This document shows, in pieces, positions 38,677 to 47,631 of a DNA stretch of 64,000 bases. The stretch is from Gemmatimonadota bacterium (GTDB lineage: Bacteria; Gemmatimonadota; Gemmatimonadetes; Palauibacterales; Palauibacteraceae), in assembly GCA_963666735.1 (NCBI GenBank), contig OY762926.1, forward strand, positions 2,624,001-2,688,000, written 5' to 3'. Made by a program: the position numbers and the translations under genes. Under the pieces are notes generated by a model. That model was not told where the DNA came from. It saw nothing but the letters and a program-made list of their open reading frames with translations, and searched no databases. Positions within the stretch are counted from its first letter, which is position 1, and every line of letters starts with the position of its first letter.

Positions 38677-38940
38677 GCACGCCGGGTTGGAGGTGCCCAG
38701 GCCGTCTCAACCGATCCAATAGCCGCCCCTCTTCGGACCTGCGCCTGTTCGTGGCCGGTGCGTTGAGACCGTTGGACCAACCTGGTCGAACACCCGACCC
38801 TCGCCGCCACCTCGGCGGGTGTTTGCCCGCTCCCGATTCAGTCCCCGGCCTCGAACCCGTACCGCTTCGATCAGGCTTCGTACGCTCCTCGCTGGCCCAT
38901 CGTGGCCGGGAGTCTTGTTTCCCCGGGCGGGCGATGTAAG

Positions 38941-38955
38941 GATTCACCGTGAATC
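38941..38955. promoter_or_regulatory. Perfect inverted repeat GATTCAC-C-GTGAATC upstream of the oxidoreductase operon
   Basis: Seen directly, 33 nt upstream of the ATG at 38989. Confidence 0.4.
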
Positions 38956-38988
38956 GTTGTGTCTCCAGCTCTTGCTTGAGGTTCGCCC

Positions 38989-39621
38989 ATGAGTGACGCC
39001 GAGATCACGACCGAGACGCCAACCGGTCATTCCCGAAGGACGTTCATCAAGGGGGTCATCGCGACCGGCGCGGTGGTCTCCTCCTCCAGCCATCTCTTTC
39101 GGGCCCGGAGCCTGTCGGCCAGCGCCGCGGTGCGGGCGTCGATGCCCCGCATGATCTCGCTGAACGTGAACGGCGTGTCGCGTTCGGTGGATGTCATGCC
39201 GCAGGAGACGCTGGCGATGACGCTGCGCTACAAGCTCGGGCTCACCGGCACGAAGCTCGGGTGCGACCGCGCGGAGTGCGGTGCCTGCACGGTGCTCATC
39301 GACGGGGTCTCCCACTACGCGTGCTCGATGCTGACGAACGTGGTGCGCGACCGGTCGGTGACGACGATCGAGGGACTCGAGGGCGCGGACGGCACGCTGC
39401 ACCCGGTGCAGCAGGCGGTGATCGACGAGGGTGGATTCCAGTGCGCCTTCTGCGCGCCCGGCTTCATCATGAGCATGGTCGCGCTCACGAACGAGAATCC
39501 CGAGCCCACGCGCCAGGAGACGGCGGAGGCGCTCTCCGGCAATCTCTGCCGCTGCGGGGACTACAACAAAATCCTGAACTCCGCCATGCGTGCCGCCGAG
39601 TACGCGCGGCGCACGGTGTGA
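38989..39621 (+). CDS. Tat-exported 2Fe-2S subunit (PaoA/YagT-like)
   Basis: Tat motif SRRTFIK; GTKLGCDRAECGACTV, QCAFCAPG, NLCRCG. Confidence 0.93.
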   Translation: MSDAEITTETPTGHSRRTFIKGVIATGAVVSSSSHLFRARSLSASAAVRASMPRMISLNVNGVSRSVDVMPQETLAMTLRYKLGLTGTKLGCDRAECGACTVLIDGVSHYACSMLTNVVRDRSVTTIEGLEGADGTLHPVQQAVIDEGGFQCAFCAPGFIMSMVALTNENPEPTRQETAEALSGNLCRCGDYNKILNSAMRAAEYARRTV

Positions 39622-39634
39622 GGGGAGGACGGTC

Positions 39635-42031
39635 ATGGCGCTAATCGGACAGGACATTTCGCCGCCGGATCTGCGCGCGAAAGTCACGGGACGAGCGAAG
39701 TACGCGGAGGACTTCCGGGCGGAGGGCATGGTGTTCGCCAAGCTCCTCCTCAGCCCCATGCCGCACGCCCGCGTGCGCAGCGTGGACGCGAGCGGCGCGC
39801 TCGCGATGCCCGGCGTGCTCGGGATTCTGCGGGCGAGCGAGGTCAACCAGCCCGACGCACCGGGCGAAGCCGCGCTCACGGATGAGCCGAAGTACGTGGG
39901 CGAGCCGATCCTCGCGCTGGCGGCGGTCGACGAGACGACGGCGGCGGACGCGATCGAGGCGATCGACATCGACCTTGAGCCGCTCCCCTTCGCGATCGAC
40001 CCGCTCGACAGCCTGCGGCCCGGCGGCCCGGACGCCCGTCTCGAGGGGAACGTGATGCGTGCCGGCGAGAGCGGGCGGGAATTCGTCTCCATGAAGTGGC
40101 CGCAGGCGGAGTTCGACGCGGCAGAAGCCGAGGGCCGGCTGCCGATGGGCGAGCCGGACTTCACCTGGGACCATGGCGACCTCGACGCCGCCTTCGACGC
40201 GGCGGACTACGTGCTCGAAGACACCGTGGTGCATCAGTCGCTGACCCACCATCCGATGGAGCCCCGCAGCTCCATGGCGTACTGGGACAACGGCCGCTGC
40301 TACCTGTACGGGTCCACGCAGAGCACGCAGCGCACGCACGGCGCACTGGCGGCGCAGCTCGACCTCGACCCCGAGAACCTCGTCTTCGTCGGACAGTACT
40401 GCGGCGGCGGCTTCGGATCCAAGATCGCCGGCGCCCCCATCTACCAGGTCACGGCCCTCCTCGCGAGGAAGATCCAGCGGCCGGTGATGATGCGGATCAA
40501 CCGCTACGAGGAAAACTACATCGGCCGCGGCCGACCGGGGTTCCAAGCTTGGACGAGGATGGGCTTCCGCAACGATGGGAAGATCACGGGGATCGATCTC
40601 TACATCGTGCAGGACCACGGACCGTACGGACGGTCCGGGGACTACATCCAGGCCGGGAACGTCGCCGACCTCATGTATCAGCCCGACGCGATGCGTTTCC
40701 GCGGCCTCACGCTCTACACGAACACCCCACCCCGGGCGGCGCAGCGGGGGCCGGGCGGCGCCCAGATCGTCGCCATGCTCGAGCCGCTCGTCGACAAGGC
40801 GGCGCGCGAACTGGGGCTGGACCGGGTGGAGGTCCGCAAGATCAACGCCCCGTCGCACGACTCCGAGTTCGGGCCGCAGCGGGCGACGACGACGAGCGCC
40901 TTCGTGCGCGAAGCGATCGATGCCGGCGCGGCGCAGTTCGACTGGGCCGGGAAGCAGGCGCTCAGCGGTCAGCGGAACGGTACGAAAGTCACGGGGGTCG
41001 GCGTGGGCCTCAGCCCCTATGTCGGCGGTTCCTCCGGCTTCGACGGGCTCCTCCTCATCCGCCCGGACGGGAAGCTGTACATCCACCAGGGGATCGGGAA
41101 CCTCGGCACGCACTCGATGGCGGACACGGCCCGCGCCGCGGCGGACGAACTCGGGCTCGAGTGGGACGACTGCGCGGTCATCTGGGGCGACAGCTCGCAG
41201 CACCATCCATACAGCTCGGTGCAGGCGGGAAGCCAGACGATCCACGCGCACACGCGCGCCAACTACGCCGCCGCACTCGACATGAAGCGGAAGCTGCAGG
41301 AGGTCGCGACCGCCGCGCTGGGCGGCTCGGCGAGCGCGTACCGGGTCGGTGGCGCGCGCGTGACCGGGCCGGGGGGCTCCATGAGCTTCTCGCAGGCTTC
41401 GGAGCGCGCGATCGCCATGGGCGGCGAATACTCCGGCGAGGAGTTGCCGGAGGACATCAACGACTACACTCGGGCTTCCGCGACGCAGCTTGCGGGCCAG
41501 GGCCTGATGGGCGTCGCCCGGGACAACTTCTCGCACGAGGGTTCGACGTGGTCGTGGGTCATGGGCTTCGCGGTCGTCGAACTCGACACCGAGACGGGCG
41601 ATGTGCGGCTCGTCGACTACACGGGGTCGGCCGACTGCGGGATCGTGGTGCACCCGCGCAGCCTCGCGGCGCAGATCCACGGCGGCAGCGTGCAGGGCTT
41701 CGGCCAGGCGCGCAGCCAAAAGTGGGTGTTCGACCCGAAGTGGGGCGTGCCCTTCGCCCACCGGCTCTATACCGCGAGACCTCCCGGCATCCTCGACGTG
41801 CCGCTCAGCATGGACTGGGCGGCGGCGGGCGAGCCGGACCCGCAGACGCCGATCGGCGCCAAGGGGATCGGAGAACCTCCGGTCGGGGCCGGGTCCGCGG
41901 CGGTCACCTCCGCGATCGCGGACGCGCTCGGCGGGCGCTGCCTGTGCCGGATCCCGCTGACGACGGACGTGATCCTGGCCGAACTCGAGGGCCGGGCGCA
42001 GCCGCACGCACTCACCGAGATCCACAGCTAG
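39635..42031 (+). CDS. Xanthine oxidoreductase-family Mo-cofactor subunit
   Basis: KVTGRAKYAED, HHPMEPR, GGGFGSK, QRGPG, AKGIGEPP. Confidence 0.93.
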   Translation: MALIGQDISPPDLRAKVTGRAKYAEDFRAEGMVFAKLLLSPMPHARVRSVDASGALAMPGVLGILRASEVNQPDAPGEAALTDEPKYVGEPILALAAVDETTAADAIEAIDIDLEPLPFAIDPLDSLRPGGPDARLEGNVMRAGESGREFVSMKWPQAEFDAAEAEGRLPMGEPDFTWDHGDLDAAFDAADYVLEDTVVHQSLTHHPMEPRSSMAYWDNGRCYLYGSTQSTQRTHGALAAQLDLDPENLVFVGQYCGGGFGSKIAGAPIYQVTALLARKIQRPVMMRINRYEENYIGRGRPGFQAWTRMGFRNDGKITGIDLYIVQDHGPYGRSGDYIQAGNVADLMYQPDAMRFRGLTLYTNTPPRAAQRGPGGAQIVAMLEPLVDKAARELGLDRVEVRKINAPSHDSEFGPQRATTTSAFVREAIDAGAAQFDWAGKQALSGQRNGTKVTGVGVGLSPYVGGSSGFDGLLLIRPDGKLYIHQGIGNLGTHSMADTARAAADELGLEWDDCAVIWGDSSQHHPYSSVQAGSQTIHAHTRANYAAALDMKRKLQEVATAALGGSASAYRVGGARVTGPGGSMSFSQASERAIAMGGEYSGEELPEDINDYTRASATQLAGQGLMGVARDNFSHEGSTWSWVMGFAVVELDTETGDVRLVDYTGSADCGIVVHPRSLAAQIHGGSVQGFGQARSQKWVFDPKWGVPFAHRLYTARPPGILDVPLSMDWAAAGEPDPQTPIGAKGIGEPPVGAGSAAVTSAIADALGGRCLCRIPLTTDVILAELEGRAQPHALTEIHS

Positions 42032-42044
42032 GGGAGATAGAACG

Positions 42045-43043
42045 ATGGCCGTGATTCGCGACATGATGCCCGCGTTCGAGCTCTTCCAGCCGACGAGCGT
42101 GGACGAGGCGCTGGACGTGCTCGAGCGCCACGACAACACCTGGGTCCTGGCCGGCGGCCTCGACTCGATGGACTGGTTCAAGGACCGCATCAAGCGGCCC
42201 GACGTCGTCGTCGAACTGGGCTCCGTGAGCGAGCTGAGCGGGATCCGCGCCAGCGGAGACGGGCTCGAGATCGGCGCCATGACCTCGCTGCGCGACGTGG
42301 TGTCGAACGAGGAGGTGCGGTCCCGCTTCGGAATCCTCGCCGACGCCGCCGCCGAGGTGGCGACGCCGCAGATCCGGAACCAGGGGACGCTGGGCGGCAA
42401 CCTCATCCAGGACACGCGCTGCTGGTACTACCGGGGCGGGTGGCCGTGCTACCGCGCGGGCGGGAACATCTGCTACGCGGGGACGCCGCAGTCCATGAAC
42501 CGCGAGCACGCCGTGACCGGACAGAGCCGCTGCGTGGCCGTCAACGGGGCGGACACGGCCGGGGCGCTGGTCGCCCTCGGCGCACAGATGATGGTGCGCA
42601 GTTCGAGCGGCGAGCGCGTCTACGAGGCCGAGGACTTCTTCGTCGGCCCGGAGATCGACATCCAGCGCATGACCGTGCTGGAGCCGGGAGACCTCCTGAC
42701 GCACGTGCGCATCCCCGGCGACTGGGCGGGCGCGCGCTTCTACTGGGAGAAGGTCCGCGACCGGAAGTCGTGGGACTGGGCGCTGGCCAGCGTGGCCGCC
42801 GCGATCGTGGAGTCGAACGGCACGATCGAGCGCGCCCGGATCGCGATCAACGGCGTGGCCCCGACGCCCGTGCGGCTGACCGATGTCGAGCGCCTCGTAC
42901 AGGGGATGCCGGCGGACGACGACACCGGCATGGCGGCCGGCGAACTCGCCACGCGCGGCTTCAAGCCGCTGCGCCACAACGACTACAAGGTGCCGCTCGC
43001 GCGGAATCTCGTCCGGCGCGCGGTGCGGGGAGACATGGCCTAA
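42045..43043 (+). CDS. FAD-binding subunit with extra Fe-S Cys motif (PaoB/YagS-like)
   Basis: LAGGLD, ATPQIRNQGTLGGN, TRCWYYR...C.....CYA...NREHA..SRCVAV. Confidence 0.92.
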   Translation: MAVIRDMMPAFELFQPTSVDEALDVLERHDNTWVLAGGLDSMDWFKDRIKRPDVVVELGSVSELSGIRASGDGLEIGAMTSLRDVVSNEEVRSRFGILADAAAEVATPQIRNQGTLGGNLIQDTRCWYYRGGWPCYRAGGNICYAGTPQSMNREHAVTGQSRCVAVNGADTAGALVALGAQMMVRSSSGERVYEAEDFFVGPEIDIQRMTVLEPGDLLTHVRIPGDWAGARFYWEKVRDRKSWDWALASVAAAIVESNGTIERARIAINGVAPTPVRLTDVERLVQGMPADDDTGMAAGELATRGFKPLRHNDYKVPLARNLVRRAVRGDMA

Positions 43044-43919
43044 ATGGAGATCCTCAGAACGGCGCCGAATCCCTGGGGCCAGGAGGTACTCGTCGGCGTC
43101 GCCTGGGATCTGCTCTGGGCCGCCGCCATCGCCGGCTTCGTGTTCGTGGTCGGACACCATCTATACGTCTGGATCATGGCGCCCAGGGCTCCGAAAAGCG
43201 CGCCGAAGGCGGCTCCCGAGGTGCCCGAGCGCGTGGAGCGCCACTCACAGGCGTCCCGGACGTTCCACTGGCTCATGGCGGCGACCATGCTCACGCTGCT
43301 CGTCACGGCGTTCTTCCCCGTGATCGGCGTCCAGTTCGCCTGGGTCACCATTCACTGGATCGCCGGCGTCGTCCTCACCCTCCTCATCATCTACCACATC
43401 ATCCACGCGACGACGAAACAGGATTTCTGGTCCGTGTGGACCGGGACGAAGGAACTCGGGCAGGCGTTCCAGGCGATCGGGAAGTTCCTGCGTCGCGAGC
43501 CGGCCAAGGAGGAGCGGTCCGGGAAGTACCCCCTCGACCAGCGCGCCTACCACAACGCCGTGACGCTCGTCTCGGGCGGCGTGATCGTCACGGGGATCCT
43601 CATGATGGTGGGCGTCGACACCTGGTTCTGGGCGAGTAATCCGTACTTCCTCGCCGACTCCACGTGGGGGCTCGTGTTCGTCATGCACGGGCTGTGCGGG
43701 GTCGGGCTCGTCACGATGGTCATCGCCCACGTCTACTTCGCCATCCGGCCCGAGAAGCGCTGGATGACCCGCTCCATGATCAAGGGCTGGATCACGCGCG
43801 AGGAATACCTCGAGCACTACGACCCGGACCTCTGGAAGCTGGGGACGGAGCCCGCCGGGGCCGAGTCGGCCGGAGGGAGCGCGTCGTCCGCGGATCCCGA
43901 CGGGGTCGTGCCCGCTTGA
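43044..43919 (+). CDS. FdnI-like di-haem cytochrome b membrane subunit
   Basis: RTFHW, TIHW, GKYPLDQRAYH, VMHG, IAHVYFAIRPE..RSMIKGWI....YLEHY. Confidence 0.85.
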   Translation: MEILRTAPNPWGQEVLVGVAWDLLWAAAIAGFVFVVGHHLYVWIMAPRAPKSAPKAAPEVPERVERHSQASRTFHWLMAATMLTLLVTAFFPVIGVQFAWVTIHWIAGVVLTLLIIYHIIHATTKQDFWSVWTGTKELGQAFQAIGKFLRREPAKEERSGKYPLDQRAYHNAVTLVSGGVIVTGILMMVGVDTWFWASNPYFLADSTWGLVFVMHGLCGVGLVTMVIAHVYFAIRPEKRWMTRSMIKGWITREEYLEHYDPDLWKLGTEPAGAESAGGSASSADPDGVVPA

Positions 43920-44302
43920 GCCGCGAGGAGCTGAAGGCTCACATCGAGGTCCTCGAGAAGGCGTACGAGTTCCTCCTCTCCTACGCCGCGCTCGGCGCCG
44001 AGCAGGAGGAAGCCTCGAAGGTCGGCGGCCAGTTGCGGGAATACCTGAGCCGGACGGATGCCGCGCTCCGGGCGCTGGCGAACGACCTCGGCGGCCTCGT
44101 CGCGGCGGAGGGACTCGAGCCGGCCGGCGCCTACGGAGAGATGATCGGCGTCACGTCCGCGGACGCCGCCCGGGCCGGGGCCGCCGTGCGGCTGGTCCTC
44201 ACCCAGGAGACGATCAGCTCGCAGTTGATCGACAACCTCAACGCCTCCTCCCACCTGCGGGCGCTCCTCACCGACCTCTTCCTCCTCGACGACGTCGTCT
44301 GA
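43916..44302 (+). CDS. Hypothetical helical protein, last gene of the oxidoreductase operon
   Basis: TTG start overlapping upstream TGA; EKAYEFLLSYAA...ISSQLIDNLNASSHLRALLTDLFLLDDVV. Confidence 0.75.
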   Translation: MSREELKAHIEVLEKAYEFLLSYAALGAEQEEASKVGGQLREYLSRTDAALRALANDLGGLVAAEGLEPAGAYGEMIGVTSADAARAGAAVRLVLTQETISSQLIDNLNASSHLRALLTDLFLLDDVV

Positions 44303-44312
44303 CCGAAACGCG
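44243..44312 (+). repeat. 70-bp direct repeat, copy 1 (3' end of gene 43916-44302)
   Basis: 68/70 identical to 45828-45897. Confidence 0.95.
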
Positions 44313-44348
44313 GCGGATTCGTTACCGCGTCTCTATCGCCTGAGTCCG

Positions 44349-45617
44349 TCAGGGGGTTCCGGCGCGGTCGGGGCAGTTGCGGTTGACCCGGTAGCGGTGG
44401 ACGTAGGGGACGCCGAATTCGCCGGGCGCCGTCGCCCAGACCTCGGTGCGACCGGCCCGGAGGATTCGCAGCCGCGGCTCCCAGTCTTTGTGGTCCGGCG
44501 GTCCCTCAATGCGCACCGAGCCCTCGAGTTCCCCGCCTTCAGCGTAGATCTCCCACACGTCGGCCGGGTCCGGCCACGCCTCGCGGAGGAGCCAGATCGA
44601 ACCGTCTCCGCCGGCCACGATCCGGCGCACGGGGGGATAATGCTCGGGAAAGGTGATGATTTCGCGTCCGATCCGCCGCTTGCGCCCGGGGTTGCCCGTG
44701 TCCCACGGAGACCCGCCCCGGGCCAGCTGGTCCGCCTTGAGTTCCCGCTGCAGCGATGCCTCGGCGCGCGTGACCGGCCGAGGTTCGTACGGGACCGCGC
44801 GATGGAGCAGGGTGTCGCCGTCGAACCGGATCTTCAGGAGATCGAAGCTCGCATCCGCCCGATCCTCCCTGACCTCCCCGATGAGGACGACGGCGGAGCC
44901 GTCCGGGGTCGCGGCAACCGGCAACCAGGACTCGCCCGCCCACGGACCGAGCGGATGCGAGGTCATCACTCCCCACCCGTACCGGTCCGTCTCGTGCTCG
45001 AGGGTGCGGGATGCCAGATGGCGTTCGACGATCGCGAGCGTGTCCACGACCTCGCCGGACGCCGAGACGCGGCGCAGGGCGGCCCGGTCGGCCTTCAGGA
45101 AGCGGTCCAGGTCCTCGTTCACGGTCCGGGAGGGCAGGAAGGCGCCGCCGGGTAGCGGCCTGCCGGGATTCAGGTTCGACCCCTCCTCCGGAAGCCGGAT
45201 CCGGAAGCTCACGCGATCGATCTCGGACCCATCGGCCGACAGGAACTGCGTACCGAGTCTGTGGCTTATCCACAACGTATCCCCCAGCCAGCCCACTTGG
45301 CGGGGCGGCGCGGGGAACTCGCCGGGTCCCTGGCCCTCGCGTCCGATCGTGCCCGCGGGTCGGCCGTCCGGCCAGAAGACGCGGATGGGATCCCAGGACT
45401 GGAGGAGGTACACTCTGCCGTCGGGCCCGATTGCCAAGTCCCGCACATAGGTGAGGGCCCCGTCACCGTCCACGGACCCCAGACGGAGCGTCTCCTCCAG
45501 TTCCCAGGGTCGTTCGCACACTTCCTGCCCCGCGAGCGGAGCCGCACCGAACGCCACGTACCCAGCCGCGACGCCGACCAGGGCGGCCGCCGCGCGGATC
45601 CGGCGGAGGCGCGTCAC
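44349..45617 (-). CDS. Secreted six-bladed beta-propeller protein (GTG 45617 preferred; ATG 45716 possible)
   Basis: Signal peptide, LRLGSVDG, DLAIGPDGRVYLL, IGREGQGPGEF, GGDGSIWL, FGVPYVHRYRV. Confidence 0.85.
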   Translation of the reverse strand: MTRLRRIRAAAALVGVAAGYVAFGAAPLAGQEVCERPWELEETLRLGSVDGDGALTYVRDLAIGPDGRVYLLQSWDPIRVFWPDGRPAGTIGREGQGPGEFPAPPRQVGWLGDTLWISHRLGTQFLSADGSEIDRVSFRIRLPEEGSNLNPGRPLPGGAFLPSRTVNEDLDRFLKADRAALRRVSASGEVVDTLAIVERHLASRTLEHETDRYGWGVMTSHPLGPWAGESWLPVAATPDGSAVVLIGEVREDRADASFDLLKIRFDGDTLLHRAVPYEPRPVTRAEASLQRELKADQLARGGSPWDTGNPGRKRRIGREIITFPEHYPPVRRIVAGGDGSIWLLREAWPDPADVWEIYAEGGELEGSVRIEGPPDHKDWEPRLRILRAGRTEVWATAPGEFGVPYVHRYRVNRNCPDRAGTP

Positions 45618-45827
45618 GCGCCGGCGTGCCGGGCGGCGAGGACCCCGGCTTCCAGCGAGACCTGGCTCATTGCGAGCGTCTCCCCCCCCCCCGCGGCGTC
45701 CAGTGGTCATATGCATCCACGGCGTCACCTCGTGCCCTCGGGTTTCGGCGACGCGCACGGGCCAGCAGGTCCAAGGGTCCGGGTCGTCCCCAAGCCCGAT
45801 GATGAGCCCCGGGCGCGACAGTCACAA

Positions 45828-45897
45828 GCCTCGTCCCACCTGCGGGCGCTCCTCACCGACCTCTTCCTCCTCGACGACGTCGTCTGACGGAAACGCG
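45828..45897 (+). repeat. 70-bp direct repeat, copy 2 (orphan gene 3' end ASSHLRALLTDLFLLDDVV*)
   Basis: 68/70 identical to 44243-44312. Confidence 0.95.
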
Positions 45898-45974
45898 TCA
45901 ACACTCCTCCCCGAGCGGCATCAGCCTGGTCAGGTTCGGCTGCCGATCCGCTGATCATTGATCGACCAGTCCCG

Positions 45975-46004
45975 ATGGCATAACGTTGCACCAATTGATG
46001 CCAT
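45975..46004. promoter_or_regulatory. Inverted repeat ATGGCAT-N16-ATGCCAT, probable TA autorepression operator
   Basis: Directly upstream of the antitoxin start. Confidence 0.5.
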
Positions 46005-46011
46005 GAAGTGA

Positions 46012-46275
46012 ATGCACAGGGAGCGACCGTTGAAAACCCTCACCGTACGGAAGATCCCTCCGGAACTTGCCCGCGCGCTGGATGCCGAAAAGCGACGCCG
46101 AGGCCGGTCGCTCAACCAGACCGTCATCGATCTCCTCCGCCAGAGCCTCGGGGTCGGGAGACGGAGGTCCAACGGCCTCGCGCGGTTCGCCGGCGACTGG
46201 ACCGAGGAGGAGTACCGGGAATTCAAGGAAGCGACGAGGGTGTTCGAGGAAATCGACGAGGAGATGTGGCGGTGA
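46012..46275 (+). CDS. Ribbon-helix-helix antitoxin (VapB/FitA-like)
   Basis: LTVRKIPPELARALDAE...SLNQTVIDLL; acidic C-terminus; GTGA-coupled to the PIN toxin. Confidence 0.85.
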   Translation: MHRERPLKTLTVRKIPPELARALDAEKRRRGRSLNQTVIDLLRQSLGVGRRRSNGLARFAGDWTEEEYREFKEATRVFEEIDEEMWR

Positions 46276-46667
46276 CTCGCTACTGCCTGGACACGTCGGC
46301 CTACAGTCGTTTTCGTCGCGGGCACCGCCGGCTGGCCGAGGTGCTGGACTCGGGCGCGTGGATCGGTGTGCCCGCGACCGTGATTGGCGAGTTGCGCTAT
46401 GGCTTCCAGGTGGGCGGACGCCGGGCGTACAACGAGGCGAAGCTGTCGGACTTTCTTGCCAGTCCGGCGGTCGAGGTGCTGGAGGTGAATGAGGATGTGG
46501 CGGCGTGTTACGCCGACATCGTGGCGGCGTTGCGCCGGGCCGGCACACCCGTACCCGCGAACGACGCCTGGATCGCAGCCTGCGCGGCGCACACCGGTTC
46601 AACGGTGCTCACCGCAGACGCGCACTTCGAACGCATCCGGCGCATCGGCGTTCTCACGGTCTCGTGA
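46272..46667 (+). CDS. vapC: PIN-domain ribonuclease toxin
   Basis: CLDTSAY, VIGEL, PANDAWIAA, LTADAHF. Confidence 0.92.
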   Translation: MTRYCLDTSAYSRFRRGHRRLAEVLDSGAWIGVPATVIGELRYGFQVGGRRAYNEAKLSDFLASPAVEVLEVNEDVAACYADIVAALRRAGTPVPANDAWIAACAAHTGSTVLTADAHFERIRRIGVLTVS

Positions 46668-46679
46668 GCCGCCTCGGGG

Positions 46680-47387
46680 TTATCCTTCCGTGCGGGTGAA
46701 GGTAAAGGTGCCGATGGGTTCGTCGGAGAAGGGAGTCACGCCCCGCAGGCTGTGAATCGGTTCCCTCGGCTGGGTATCGTCGTTGGCCGAATTGTAGGAA
46801 GGCCCGCTGTCCGTCCCCGCGTCGTAGGGGTAGAGGACGACCTCGAGTTCGCCGACCCAGTTGCCCGCGGCGTCGCGCAGCGGCAGGTCCGACACTCCCA
46901 CGAACCAGTCCGGGCTCGGGGCAATCATCGTGACGAGGGTGACGAGCGGGAAGTCCTCGCGAAGCGTGACCGCCTGAATCGTCGTGCTTCCGGGACTGCG
47001 GATCCCGGACCCGTTGATGACCGCCAGCGCGTTCGCCGGGATTTCGGCCCGGATCTCATTCGTCAGAGCACTGGTGCTTCCGGTTTCCGCCATGCTCTCG
47101 ATCCCCGGCGTGGCGGTGCCCTCCGGTGCCCAGAAGGTCGCGTCTTCGTCGTGCACGGCGCCGATCAGCGGCGAGAAGTGCGCCCCTCCCGGGAAGTTGG
47201 CCGGGTGCGTGGAGGCACTCCACGTCGCCTCGAAGACCACGCGGTACGTCGCCGTGGTCGCCGTTGCCGGGGGCGGCTCCGGGTCGGGCCTCGGCGCCGG
47301 GTCGGTCCCGGCGCCGCCGCACGCGAGCGTGGCGAGGACCGCAACCGCCAGCGGTCCGATCCAAGTGTTCGAGAACGTCGGCAACAT
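46680..47387 (-). CDS. Spondin_N-domain lipoprotein
   Basis: Lipobox TLAC; YRVVFEATWS..THP.NFP..AHFSPLIGAVH, MIAPSPDWFVGV, YDAGTDSG. Confidence 0.9.
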   Translation of the reverse strand: MLPTFSNTWIGPLAVAVLATLACGGAGTDPAPRPDPEPPPATATTATYRVVFEATWSASTHPANFPGGAHFSPLIGAVHDEDATFWAPEGTATPGIESMAETGSTSALTNEIRAEIPANALAVINGSGIRSPGSTTIQAVTLREDFPLVTLVTMIAPSPDWFVGVSDLPLRDAAGNWVGELEVVLYPYDAGTDSGPSYNSANDDTQPREPIHSLRGVTPFSDEPIGTFTFTRTEG

Positions 47388-47440
47388 TGGGTTCACGGTG
47401 GCTCTAACCCGTGAAGTCCCGCCAGGTTCCGGCGGCAATC

Positions 47441-47512
47441 TCAGGCTTTCGCGTGCCAGGCGGAGTGAGCCTCCGTCTCTCGCTTGGCGGGGCAACCGAC
47501 CTGGGGCTCCGC
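47441..47512 (-). repeat. Decayed duplicate of the epimerase gene 3' end (49926-49997)
   Basis: Ungapped 47/72 nt identity with a 13-nt exact core; AEPQVGCPAKRETEAHSAWHAKA* versus AAPVAGLPAELEAEVLAAWHARV*. Confidence 0.75.
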
Positions 47513-47558
47513 AGGTAATGAGGGAATCAACGTAATTCCGATACCGATACTCTCAGTA

Positions 47559-47631
47559 GTCTTGCGTAGAGTAGCATCACGTGCTACGGCTTCTTCGAGC
47601 GAGTCCCCTTCCAATCTCGGGAGGCGCCAGA
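47559..47631 (+). promoter_or_regulatory. Conserved cassette promoter/leader, copy 2
   Basis: GTCTTGCG-N16-GCTA-N15-AGTCCCCT-N8-CGGGAGG-N7-ATG. Confidence 0.6.

Noticed and set aside
38677..38940. Search for an att-like duplicate of the outer-membrane gene 3' end after cassette 2
   Set aside because: No match longer than about 8 bp found by eye.
47390..47520. Multi-hairpin leader that looked like a riboswitch upstream of the spondin gene
   Set aside because: No known riboswitch consensus; most of it is explained by the decayed epimerase 3' end and its probable terminator.
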